Origin: Amphiscolops sp. MND2022
Lineage: Eukaryota
Assembly: GCA_964187785.1 (NCBI GenBank)
Contig: OZ076417.1
Span: forward strand, 20,770,001-20,834,000
Reading direction: 5' to 3'
DNA: 64,000 nucleotides
Every line of letters starts with the position of its first letter. The first letter of the stretch is position 1. The translations under genes were made by a program, and so were the position numbers. A model generated the notes under the pieces. It did not search any database and had not been told where the DNA came from. It saw only the letters and a program-made list of their open reading frames with translations. Shown here piece by piece: positions 1 to 11,502 of this stretch.

Positions 1-2503
1 TTTCTCAGATTCAGATTTTCTGGGGAAAATCTTCTCTGCACCATGTATCAAAGTTTTGTGCGTACTTCCACAGCCATCTTTCGTGCATTTGCGTGGCTGT
101 GGGCAATTGCGGAAAGAGTGTTGTCCATTAAAGCATGAGAAACAAAGTTTGTTCTCGGCAACAACTTCCGCTCGTTCTGTTGGAGTCTTCTTTCCGAACA
201 CTTGACATCGCCACGGCGGATGCTTATCTTTGCAAACTACACAATTAACTTGGAATTTCTGGGTTGACACCTTGGTTGCGATGGTATTTTTAGTGGAAGT
301 TGTTGTTGCAGCGAACACTTTAGAATTGGTCTTGGTTTTCGTTACGTTTCCGGTTGGAGTTTCTTCAACTTTTGGTTTTCCAGTGGTAGATTTCATCCTC
401 TCGTGAGCTTCAGCTTTGTCCTTCAGCCAATCATTGAAGTCAATCAGAGTCGGTCGGTTCAAATCCCGCTTCACTGTATGCACTGACTACCCTTCTTTCA
501 AGTTCGGGGGAAGCATTTGAACCGCTTGGCCGAGCAGTGAAGCACTGGAAAGATCTTGAACGTAGTTCAGAGATCGGAAAACACCAACCAAGGAGCAAAT
601 TGTAGCTGCATTACTTATGATGCTTTGGCTGTTATGCATTTTCACTGGAGGAACATTCGCTAATTTGTCCAAGTAGGCACTGCCCAGTCTGTGGTTGGCC
701 GAATTTCTGTTCGAGGGTCTTCATTGCGTCCTTGTACATTGTCCCGCAATATGCAAACTCAGCAATCGCCGTTTTGGCTTTTCCAGGAACAAGTGTTTGC
801 AGGTAAGTAAGCTTCACGTCGCCTGTAAGTGAAGACGAGTCAATGGCACTCTTGAACTGGCCAAACCATTCATGCCATTGAAGAGGGTCGCCACTAAACT
901 GTGCCAGTTTCCACTCAGGGTGATGGTCTTTCTTCGTCGAAGTCAAAATCTGTGCAAGGTCTTGCAATGTGAAACTATTTGCAGACGGTTGTGGCAAAGT
1001 AAACAAAATTGCAGGTACAAAAGGAGGGGCAGTAACACTGGGAAACGTTGTTGCAGTTTGAGGTACACTACAGTTTGTTGTCGATGTTACCACGGCAGTC
1101 GGCTGCACGAAGTAAACAGTTCCTCCATTCGTTATTGAGAAAACTTGTGCTGTAGATAAGACACTATTGTTGGATGGAATGACTGTGGATAAGCCGGGGG
1201 TGGCACTACAAAGGTGACTGCTGATTGTTGGAAGGATTTGGAAACTGGGAAACTCCAGACTGACAAGTTAGGTAAAATGTGATTTACTGGAAGTGTGGCT
1301 ATCGGATTAGGTCGAGGCTGAGCTATTGTCGGTGCTGAAGCGATACTTACTGAAGGACAAGGATGTTGCAAAGTGCTAGCATTGTTCAAAAACAAACCAG
1401 TAGCAGCGGAGTTAGTAGCGGTTAAACTAGTTTGACCGGGGAAACGCGGAAGCTGGCCAGGTAAACCAGCAAACGTGTTGGTGGGGTGGTTCAAAGATTC
1501 AGTTGTTGTGAGCGACAGTGGAGCTGTACCTGTGGTGTTTTCCGTCTGGGGCGGAACGTTATTTTGCACCGTAGCAAATGTAGGCGCTGATACAGTTGCG
1601 TTTTCATTTGATTAAGATACAGCTAAGGGTAATGGTTGCGTACCAACGGTCTGTTCCTGATTCGATTCAAAAACGGGTGCTTCAGGGGCACGTTGATTGG
1701 TAGCAGATATCAAAGTGGGAGAATTATTAACCCAGTTGTTAACTGGGGTTTACTGATGTTCGTGGCTCTCCTCACTCAACAGTGATAGCGTCTCCTGGAA
1801 TTCTTCATTTGTCGCCGATAGATCATCTTGAAGTTCTAATTCAATCAGTGTTGCCTCAGCCAGTTTTTTGCGGTTCTCTTCCTGCACCTCGGCGACTCTA
1901 AGTGCAAGTTCTTCCTTGAGACGCTCTTGTTATTGCTGCATTCGTTTGATTTCAAGATCTTGCTTTCGCTGAGTCAGTCGGAGTGCAGCTTCATTTTGCT
2001 TCTCAATTACTTCACGCCTGTGTTTTGCAAGAAGTAGCTCTTTCTGCCGTTGACTTGACGTCTTTGATCGAAGAGAGCTTGAAACTTTACTGGACTTTGT
2101 CTTGTTCGTCGATGGAACTATTGAAGTTTGCGAAGCGTTGTCGGTTTGCAGACATTTCTCCAGATAATCGCGAGCTTTCGTCAGTATTTCATTGTTTCTG
2201 ACAGCAACGTCGTTTAAACACTTGTCCCAGTCTGTCTTCACTGACTCTGGGTTGGTTGATTTGTTGGCTAAGTCTAGGAGTTGTTCGTTTTTTTTTTGCA
2301 TAAGCTTTAGTCATAGCTTCCTCACACGAGGTGATTAATCGATCAACGCGAACACGTCGTCCGGCATTTCCAATGGCGTCATTGAGCTTTTGTTGGATCT
2401 TGTTGAGCTGCGCTTCGGCTTTAGCGCGACTATCATGTTGTTTGGAGACTTTCTTTTGCATCGTCTCAGCTATTATAATTGTCTTCTTAACTTTTTGGAT
2501 CAA
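1..2503 (-). mobile_element. Decayed BEL/Pao LTR-retrotransposon gag region (continues beyond the window start)
   Basis: Minus-strand pieces join into a gag: coiled N-terminus (1930-2503), low-complexity linker, DUF1759-like core (LAQFSGDPLQWHEWFGQFKSAID...KLTYLQTLVPGKAK, 632-1108), then three Cys/His knuckles typical of BEL/Pao (CVVCKDKHPPWRC, CFSCFNGQHSFRNC, CTKDGCGSTHKTLIH, about 40-250). Broken by frameshifts and in-frame stops; no LTR or PBS could be delimited. Confidence 0.9.
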
Positions 2504-2888
2504 TATAGTGTGTTATTAGGACACGGATTGTAGTGTTTTTAGCACTAATTTATGTTCAAAACAGCAGAATCACTTACAGAACATCAACCAGACAACTAAA
2601 TCCGGACACAGTTCTGAAAATTAACTATGCTGTTGTCAATTAATGAAAATTCTACAGTGACAGTTCAAAAGAAGATACTAGTACAAAATGTTGTGGAGGA
2701 TGTTGCGGTGGAAAGACGGTTAATTTGTTTGTTTTGGGTTAAATGTAGGCGCTAAGGAACTACGAGGACGGTATAAGACAAGAGTAGTGAAGAAGACGCA
2801 GTTATGTTATTGAAAAGGTCCTTTTGAACGTCAACCGGACAATCAAGTCCGGAAACAGTCCAAAACTTAGAGGAAAGTTGTTGCGACT

Positions 2889-3547
2889 TCAACCTGACAA
2901 TGAAGTCTGGACACTGTCACAACAACAGTCCTTTGGGGAGGAAGAAACTTCACTCTGATTTGAAGCAGCGTTCTTCAAAGCCTTACGGCCACGTTTACTT
3001 GGTCGCTTAGGGCGACTTTCGGCTGTAATCTTCGCTAGATCATATTCTTTTCGGAGAATGATGTCCAAATATTTGAGCTCAAACTCAGGTCCTTGGTGTA
3101 TTGCCTTCAGTTCGTTCAAAACTTTTGGATCATTTTGTTTTCTTGTTGAAAAGAAATCGATTTCAATTCGGAAAACAGGAATGCTTTGCGTTTTCAGGAT
3201 ATCAGAAATGTCGGGCGTTCGAATTCGGTGGCAATACACAAGAGCACGGAGTTTGTTTTCTAGAGATTTCAAAATTTCTAATTACTCACAAACGGGCAGC
3301 GCTCGAAAATTGTTGCTTTTGTGATGGGAAATACTGCTATTTAGCACGTCGTGCCAAATAATGATATCAGTTTTTCGGCAAGATCTTTAGAGAGCAAGTT
3401 TTGCACAATTTTTCGAGGATTTTTCGTGTTAGGGTTAAGGCTCAGGCCCGGGATAGAGTAGATTTTCTCGTTATAGTTTTTTCGGTTTTCGGGGGTTAAG
3501 GTGTCAAGGGCATGATCAACGGAACTTGCTGCTACAATGAATACCAT
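2889..3547 (-). pseudogene. Disrupted ORF with SGNH/GDSL-hydrolase-like motifs upstream of the gag
   Basis: ORFs 3341-3547 and 2889-3272 join via a 1-nt frameshift in an A run near 3370 and one in-frame stop: MVFIVAASSV...IPGLSLNP...DIIIWHDVLNSSISHH...LRALVYCHR. Motif spacing resembles SGNH blocks I-III; fold assignment is inference. Confidence 0.45.
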
Positions 3548-5920
3548 TAGAATTTATCATTACCTTTTTCTTCAATATTCAATCAGCCGTTAGATACTCG
3601 TTAGATTTTTCGTTCAAAGTTTTCGATTTTTTAAACTACGGCGGGGGGGGGGGGCTAATTTTGTATCTTCAGTACTCTTTGAAGGCCTTGCTATATACGA
3701 AGCACAAGTACGAAAAAGGGAAATATATCACAAATTTTCACAGTTTAGTGTGATGATTTCATACCCAGTTTTCGTAGCGAAAGTTCTCGGGTTCAGTAAA
3801 ATTTGAAAATTTGGGGTTACTTTCCTAGTCTCTGATATCGGCTTGCGAATTCGTTGTGTCGAAAGAACTTGACCTTGCATGTGATCATCTAGCCAGCCAC
3901 GGTTTGATTAAGTTATGCATACCTTCTATTGTTGGTCCCCTCTTGATATTGTAGTCGGACACTTCTGAGGGGGTCTTTCAGAAAACCTCTGCTGATCATG
4001 AGTAATGGCCTCCGTTTTGAAGATCAGGATTAATCTGCTCGGCAGTTGAATAGCTTAGTGGCTCAGAAATAATACCGAAAGATTTGAGATCAAGAGGCCT
4101 TGGAGAGATAAAGAGAATGTGTGCAGGTATAAGAGATAAAGAGAATGTGTGCAGGTATAAATGCAATGAAGTCAAACCGAATTCCAGAAAATTCTGCTAT
4201 GAAATGAAAGAGGATAATTCGGTATTTTCGAGGAGTAATTCGACGACACATTGTTTGAATGCAAAGAGAGTTACTTGAAATTGAAGGTTGTACTGTCTCT
4301 CTATGGCCACCATGAAAATCTTTAGAGAACTGAAGTTTGTATTGTTAATCAAAATTAAAATAACAATGAAAGTTGAGGAAAATTATTATTAACCGCCAAG
4401 TCAAAACTTGATCACACAAACATTAAAAATGACTCATGATATGAATAACCAGGCCTTTTCGAGAGTATTTTTACCGAAATCGGAGAAATATTTCCAGAAT
4501 ATAAAATATTTTACATGTCCGGGAATCGAACCTGCGATCTCAATAATGCCCATAGCGAACTGAATTAACCATCGGCCAAGCGGACTTAACATTTGTTTGT
4601 TTTAATTTAACGATATTGCTACTGCAACATCCTCCGGGCCCAAGAAGGTGAGAAATGTTTTACTATCAAAGAAACAAACTTTTTTAAAAATTTTTTTTCA
4701 TTTTTTCGGAAATGTTTTTACATGAAATTTATTTTTTTTTCATACATGTCCATGCAAGAAGCTTAAAGGAAGTCGAGGAAACAAAACGTTGTTTATTCGG
4801 GAAGTGGAAGGACGGGTGCGAGTTTGATTATTGGGCGAACAAGGTTACCAGATGCTGTTCGCACTTCGGCGGACCTGGCAACGGCATCTGTGCCGAAGTT
4901 AAGCTTTACAACACGAGCTTTTTGGAAAACAGGCGATGTTCTTATTTATATAACTTTCAATTAAACATACTTTTCTTTACTTCCGCGGTTAGTAGAGGGG
5001 CATGTGTATGTGAAAGGGTTGGGGAATTAAATTTGAGAAAGCAATGTAGGAAAAATGCTGGGATGGACAAAAAACAGATTTGCGTTTTTACTGCCACTTC
5101 TCGGCCAAATTCTCAACGAGATCAACTTGTCAAAGAGTGCCTCGCATATTACTTCAGAGTGAAACGTGTCGTTTCAAGGCTGAAATGAAATGTTCACTAT
5201 AGTTTCAAGAAAGATCTTCTGTGGAGGCATTTCAACTTCAGAACTCATCCTAACTCTTTGATGCTTCAGCAGTTGTAGATGGTAAAAATTATTATTTTCC
5301 AATTTTGCAGCAGCATATAAAATTAGGTATCACGTTTGAACACTTTTACACCAGCAAATGCGGAATGATATTGTTCATACTATAAAAGAATCTTTCGAGC
5401 GGAAGTTTGAATAGGTATGTAGCTAATTGTATGAAATGACGTCATCAAAGTAAAGTGAACAAGTTTTTAGGAATTATCATGTAGCTATTTCAACTCTGAA
5501 CAAGCGAAACAGTTCTAGTGTCTCACTAACTACCTTTCGAACAGATCCATTGAAAAGAATTCACACAAAAATGTTTGATAAATTGATTTACACTCTTAAT
5601 TATAACAGCAGGATTTTAGTTACCAAATACTCATTAACAACTCTATGGAAAGTTAGCAAACGACAATATTCAAAGATTTCTTTTCCATCAAAGTTTAGAA
5701 ACATTATAGCATTAGAATTGAGCCGAACATATGACTACCGATATGGCTTTTTAAAATTTTTTAAAGGTAACAATATATCCGTGAAAAAAACCGCTATTAA
5801 ATATTTCGTCCGAACAATTATTTCGTGCCACCAAAAGAATTTGAAGTTTTGGACTCAACGTGGATTTTTGGCTCAATTGTACACTTCAAATGCGTTTCAC
5901 ATTCCAATTGGTGAAGCCAT

Positions 5921-6044
5921 TCATAGCCTGCTTTTGATGCTCTCCGGCACGAACAATAAGTCTTTGAATTCTTGTGAAACTGTGCCTTCTCTGAAAATGA
6001 CTCGGAACAATTCAGTCACTATCTGGCTGTGGTCGGCGTATAAT
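5921..6044 (-). CDS. ANK-NUDT9 gene, alternative (distal) terminal exon 16b
   Basis: Acceptor gggacag|A TTA TAC; phase-2 start; (R)LYADHSQIVTELFRVIFREGTVSQEFKDLLFVPESIKSRL*. LYADHSQ matches the NUDT9 C-terminal LYASHSQ motif. Confidence 0.6.
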
Positions 6045-7125
6045 CTGTCCCGGAATGACCAATTACAATCAATTTTCCAAAAAACTACACTTAACATCAC
6101 TTTAGTTACAAAAAGTTACCAAAAATGTCCATTTTGGGAAAGGCTTCACAATAGATTTTTAAATCTAACAAAAGCTAAGCAATGCTTGATTGACTTTAGG
6201 CCTATTAAAAGGTAAAATGTTCAGCAAATGACGATGAAGAGGACTGCGAAAATGTAACCGTGAGGGTATTTCTTGGCGTAACTCGTTCTTTTGGAGATCC
6301 AATAGCGGGAAACTTTCTTCAATTTCATAAACTGACCAACTCAAGACAAGTATGATTCATTGAAACCACATTAACAGACGTATTTCAATCAATGGTGTGA
6401 TTCATAAGTCATTTTCATTATGAGTAATGCAATTTAAGATTTTTACCCCATCCCCTCTCGCACGCATAATTGAGATAACATTGAAAAATTGGCATAGGTA
6501 GGTAGCTGATTGTACGTAGTGACTTCATCAGAATAGAGTGAACTAGAGTTTCTTTAGGAATTATCAAAATGTTATATTATTATTCATTGAGAAAAAATTC
6601 AGTTCTTAAAGAAGTTGGAAGGAGGAGCCACGAATTTTTCCACAGGTAGAGCTATTTTCTCTGGAAAATCTGAACAAGCAAAACAGTTCAAGTATTTCAA
6701 TAACTGCCTTTCACACACATCCAATAAAAATAATTCACACAAAAATGTTTTCGATAAATTGATTTACAGTCTGAATTATAACAGCAGGATTTTATTTACC
6801 GAATACTTCATTAACAGCTTTATGGAAAGTTGGCAAACGACAACACGCATTCAAATATTCTTTTCCATCAAGTTTCAAGAAAAATATATAACATTAGTAG
6901 AATTGAGCCGAACATAACTACCGATATGGCCTGATTTTGAAAAGTCTGAAGAAAACTGAATCTATCTGTAAAAAAGCCATTTAATTTTTCGTCTCAAAAA
7001 ATTATTTCGTTCCACCAACAGAATTACCGGAAATTTCACCCTTTTAAAAAAACTCGACGTGGATTTTATTCGGCTCAATTGTACAATTCAAACTATTTGC
7101 TTGACAGTCCAAATTGCGAAGCCAT

Positions 7126-7246
7126 TCATAGCTTACTTTTGATGCTCTCCGGCACGAATAGATCTTTGAATTCTTGTGAAACTGCGCTTTCTCTGGAAAT
7201 GACTCGGAACAATTCAGTCACTATCTGGCTGTGGTCGGCGTATAAT
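7126..7246 (-). CDS. ANK-NUDT9 gene, proximal terminal exon 16a
   Basis: Acceptor gggacag|A TTA TAC; phase 2 fits the AG|GC donor at 9219; (R)LYADHSQIVTELFRVISRESAVSQEFKDLFVPESIKSKL*. Confidence 0.75.
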
Positions 7247-8267
7247 CTGTCCCGGAATGACCAATTACAATCAACCTTCGGAGAAACTACAGTTCATAAG
7301 CACATCACCGTGACTTAAAGGCTGCTAATCCCTAACTAAGGATCGCAAAATAGGATAATTGCGACGGATGGTATTGATCAGTTCATACTGGCTCTCGACA
7401 GGGACCAAAAAAAACCAGTTCAATAACTCGACGACCGATTAATCATTTGTGATAATATTGCTAACCACTTGCTAGGTATATTATTCAGCTATTTGCACAT
7501 CTATTGCATGAACAAAATACACTCATACACGTGCGCAATGCAGTTTATACAATAGTTTAAGGAGAGAACTGAACCTCTATTTGCAAGAAATGGAAAGAAT
7601 TGAACTTTAATTTGCAAGAAATAATTTTTTAGCTTTTAAATAAGCTGCATGTAAACTAAGCTAGCATTTAACAAGGTGATTCCTTTCATTCTTTTTTTTC
7701 TCATGCGTTTAAGGGACTGGAAAGACAAATTGAGTGTTTAATATAATGGTTACAATCGCCTTAATTAGCAGACTTCCTGATATTAACCGAAAACCGAGTC
7801 CCCAACCTTTGCTAGAAATGGATGTCTCGCGTATTAAGATAAATGAATAGAAATAATAGAAACTCCCTTATCAAAATTATATAATTATATTGATGTAAAA
7901 CTGTTGAATGTCTTCAGGAAAGGAAGAAGTGCCCCTGCCAAATGAACAAAAGTTACAAATTATCTGCCAAATGTTACTAATTGTCTAAAATGAAGTTTCA
8001 CATTGCAATTCAGTAGTAAATACATTCAAAGAAAAATGAAATAAGGAAATTTCTTCATTATTTGTAAACCTGCATTTCAAATGCCAACAAAATTGTAAAA
8101 CGTTTGTTTAGTCGATTTTCAAATAACCTGGATGATAGCAGAATTCAGAGCTGTTTTTGTTTTGGTCCATGTTTTTACAAATAAAGGTTGTTTATTTCTT
8201 ACCCTATTTTTCATACTACATACGGAACTGCTTAGTAATATTAGCTAGTTATTAATTGAATCATTGT

Positions 8268-8508
8268 TATTTTCCGACCCCTCATTTTAAAATGGGGGAG
8301 GAAAATCGTCATCTGTGTTGCGTTTTTTTCCAAATTCTGCCAAATTTGACTCACCACCTCAGGTGGTGAGTCAAGTAACTATAGTCAAGTAACTTGACTC
8401 ACCACCTCAGGTGGTGAGTTAAGTAACTATAGTATAACTATAACTATATGTCTAGTGGGACAGCAGAAAAGGGAGGAAAATATCCCGGTGCTTAGCGGGC
8501 GTCTTGTT
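8268..8508 (+). mobile_element. HINE-like element family D with internal palindromes
   Basis: 5' ttattttccgacc and 3' gggaggaaaata (imperfect inverted pair), then hairpin cccg-gtgcttag-cggg and cgtcttgtt; internal 29-nt palindrome at 8346-8374 repeated at 8394-8422. Confidence 0.5.
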
Positions 8509-9218
8509 TAAATTCATTGTTTCACCATTGATGTGGTGGTATTATTTGGAATTGAAATGAACACCGAATATTGAATGCATATAAGTGGTGTAAGTTAGTG
8601 AAATTCTGACATTCCACTTATTGCAAATTGTGGATCGCAATACTTGTGATAAGTGGAAATTTGAAAAAATGACGGAATCGTGGAAAAGTGCATTTTTGGA
8701 CCAACTTCCAGTTCTCACTTAATTACGCGCCTTGACTAGTTTACACTATTTTCCATTCCACTCATTGACACAGCTCCACCTTCCAGTAGACCATCTTGTC
8801 CGATTTACGATGAATGACAATTTTACGTATTACACAGATTACGCTGCGTGACTGAAATCTATTTTAACGGGATGTGTATCTTAATGCTTTAGTTCCAAAA
8901 AACTATTAAAAATTTGTACTTTTTTGGGTTCAAGTATGTTTTCCAAAAATGAACGGAAAATGGCATTTTTATTAAATTTCCAAAGAATTTCTAAATGTCA
9001 CTTTCGAGCTTCCATCCACATTTTGATTATTATGAAAAACTCGTTTTAGGTGCTATTGAAGTCTTAATGTCATTGATTTCTTTGATTGCTTCAACTGATG
9101 ACATAATAATCCGAACTTTTACTGTCAAAAATATTCATTTTTTGTTTCAAAATGAGCCGAAACTCCGTATTAGAGGCTCAGAATGTTTTCAAAGCGTATG
9201 TGTGTGCGTTGGTCATGC

Positions 9219-9391
9219 CTGTTGGCGTCGAAAGAGGCGTCTAGGGTGACCCAAGCGGCCCCCACGGCATCGTCGCCTGCCTGCAACTTGCGGCCCAGGT
9301 CTTCCTCGCTGTGGAAGTGGAACCAGAAGGCTTGTGTCTCCATCCACGCGTTGTCTGTGTTTCTAGGGTCGTTCACTACCATCGAGACTAT
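9219..9391 (-). CDS. NUDT9: ANK-NUDT9 gene exon 15 (NUDT9 domain)
   Basis: Acceptor atccag|ATA; IVSMVVNDPRNTDNAWMETQAFWFH...LQAGDDAVGAAWVTLD matches NUDT9 DDPRNTDNAWMET and AGDDA motifs. Donor is non-canonical AG|GCATGA (phase 2); otherwise reads through to a stop at 9170. Confidence 0.9.
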
Positions 9392-9460
9392 CTGGATAAG
9401 TAGAGACCACAACTACTACACAATTTAGATTGCGAATATAAAAGCATCATATAAAAGATC

Positions 9461-10397
9461 AAAAATATGCCCCTGCGGGGCACAGTATTATTTCTGCTTT
9501 AGGCTTTCATGTTCCATAATAGAAGCATATCTGGAATACCAATACACTCCTGTTTATTCATTATATAGCGCAAAATTAATCACTGTACAAGTTTATACTG
9601 CGTTTAAATCATATCGGACTAAAGCAAACATAACTACCAAGCGTATAGGAAGTTTCGCATTCGCATTTTGGAACTTTTTCCTTTCCCCCCCCCCCACACT
9701 TTTCAAGATGATGTTTTTGCAATTAATTATACCTCAATTGCGTTTCCAATGAAACAGTTCAGTTTTAAATTTATTCTCAAGGTGATAGTTTAGGATTCAG
9801 ATACAAACTTTGTTCACACTTTTTCCCTATGTAGTTACGCATTTTTGATGAAGAAATCAACAGCTTCCTGTTTTGAGTCATCAATAAACACTCAATACGA
9901 ACATAATTAGTCAAATTGTGTGAACAATGTTTTGTTCAAGCGGAAAACTACTCTAACAGTGTGGAGACAACAAAACAAAGGAAAAGATTTATTCGAAGAA
10001 ATATTGAATGATATAGTCAAATATAATCTTTTATGTTGAGTTTGTTTTCTTTAAAAAGTGTGGGGGGGGGAAGGAAAAAGAGCCCGCATTTTAATTCAGG
10101 CCAAGCTCTCGGCGAACGAATAATTAACACTCGTTCGTTTCATCTCAGTAACTCGGCGTACGAATAATTAACATTCGTTCGCTTCATCTCAATAACTCGG
10201 CGTACGAAAGCACAAATATCACTCGCTCGCTTCATCGCACGAGAATCGAATCATCGTCGGCAGCTTGAAATTTAAATCTCACGCTTACACTCACTGCCGA
10301 ACAAAATATCTGAATTTTTCAGTAGATACAAAAATTTTACTGAAAAAGTGACTTTCAGATTTCAATATTATTCCCGCGTTGCAGAAATAATAAAAAC
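9461..10397 (-). mobile_element. HINE-like element family B (other copies about 18815-19250, 36970-37500, 37822-38240, 38950-39660)
   Basis: Perfect 12-bp subterminal inverted repeat (tattatttctgc 9486-9497 / gcagaaataata 10381-10392), terminal hairpin gcccc-tgc-ggggc (9469-9481), internal roughly 40-bp tandem units (aactcggcgtacgaataattaacattcgttcgcttcatctcaat). Confidence 0.65.
9670..10084. mobile_element. MITE with GG-starting poly-C/G TIRs and 8-bp TSD, nested in family B
   Basis: TSD cgcatttt at 9662-9669 and 10085-10092; roughly 33-bp imperfect TIRs; empty site visible in the copy near 37185. Confidence 0.85.
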
Positions 10398-10690
10398 TGA
10401 TAACTTGGGCCTAAAAGCAGCACTAAAAACCGGAAACTTTTGCAAGTGAAGGACTAATTTTCAAAACAAAACACCGAATCGCAAAATGGATGCTCGTCTG
10501 TTAATACAGTATCGTGATCTTATTAATTTTTCCATTCAATTAATTTTTTCAACGCATGTATTGTTATTTAAATATTCAAATTTGACAAATAGAGGAGAGC
10601 TTACCCCTATTCTGCATTAGGGCTCAAAGAATAATATTCTTTATAATCAAAACTTTTAATTTTTCAAATCAAGAGTCGTTCGTGACTAAC

Positions 10691-10858
10691 GGGAGCGTCT
10701 ATTTTCTTGTGTTCCACGAAGCGCTTCACCATCTCGTCTCTGTGCTGCTTCCTCTCCTCTGGGGTGAGTTTGCTGTGGTCGTTGCCCTCTAGCGCCTCTT
10801 CGCAGAACTCTCGGATGGCTGTGCCCGACAACTCATTCTCGCCTGGGTCCACCATGCC
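10691..10858 (-). CDS. NUDT9: ANK-NUDT9 gene exon 14 (Nudix box)
   Basis: tgtcag|GGC ATG GTG...GCT CCC|GTTAGT; 168 nt, phase 0-0; GMVDPGENELSGTAIREFCEEAL. Confidence 0.92.
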
Positions 10859-11199
10859 CTGACACACACACACATGAAACATTTCTTGCTTCACTAGGGC
10901 TACCATTAGTGCAAGTTTTCTATGTTCTTGAAAATGAAATTTGAAGAATTTTTTCATAAATTGGTAGAAAACAATGCCTGCACATAATACCGGCGCGAAA
11001 GTTGCAAACTACATTTGTACTGCAACATTTGAAAAACTTTGGTTTTCTTTCTGAAAGAACGTTCCTACCATTGGCAATAAGATGAGATATTCAACATGAT
11101 GGCAACTATTCAAAGGCGGTCAGAAACGGAAACAAGATTTTCGTTACTCTTCAAATTTGTCATGCATTAGTGCATGGAATAAAAACTGTTTTCTTAATA

Positions 11200-11371
11200 C
11201 AGTGGAAATCGCTTAAATGGGACACGCGTATAAGAGACAACGCTTAATTGGCAAACATTTCGGTCCCGGCTGAAATAAAGCAGATAGCGCCCGCAACTGA
11301 TATAAGAGACAACGGATATAGTAGACAAGAATACCCAGTCCTGAGGCGTCCCATATAAGCGGCTTTCACTG
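11200..11371. mobile_element. Tc1/mariner (pogo-like) MITE
   Basis: TA-flanked; imperfect TIRs cagtggaaatcgcttaaatgggac / gtcccatataagcggctttcactg. Confidence 0.7.
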
Positions 11372-11426
11372 TATAGATTTTTCGAAAGATATATTTTTTC
11401 GAAAATACTTTATGTAGTTATCTTAC

Positions 11427-11502
11427 CCCCGGTAGTGCATACTGGCCAGTATCTGATCGCTTGATGAGGGCCAATTTTAGCACATTCTTCTCTGTTGACC
11501 AA
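11427..11502 (-). CDS. NUDT9: ANK-NUDT9 gene exon 13
   Basis: ttgcag|T TGG...CCG GGG|GTAAGA; 76 nt, phase 2-0; WSTEKNVLKLALIKRSDTGQYALPG, equivalent to the NUDT9 LQFVAI..RxDxxEWAIPG segment. Confidence 0.88.

Larger units (their letters stand above)
5411..7275. repeat. Tandem duplication of last exon plus 3' flank (units about 5411-6074 and 6494-7275)
   Basis: Both blocks start with (a/c)ataggta(t/g)gtagct(a/g)attgta and end with gaccaattacaatcaa; exons nearly identical, flanks visibly diverged. Confidence 0.85.

Noticed and set aside
3862-3995. Possible macro-domain (TARG1-like) remnant on the plus strand (KLCIPSIVG...EGVFQKT)
   Set aside because: Needs several frameshifts over about 40 codons; too weak without an HMM search.
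4104-4159. 28-bp tandem duplication agagataaagagaatgtgtgcaggtata
   Set aside because: Ordinary two-unit slippage duplication with no further structure.
4520-4580. gggaatcgaacc B-box-like motif suggesting a tRNA
   Set aside because: No cloverleaf; at most a SINE remnant.
5550-6215. 221-aa plus-strand ORF in the track
   Set aside because: Shadow frame antisense to the duplicated terminal exon and UTR; no recognisable domain, and the sister copy is broken.
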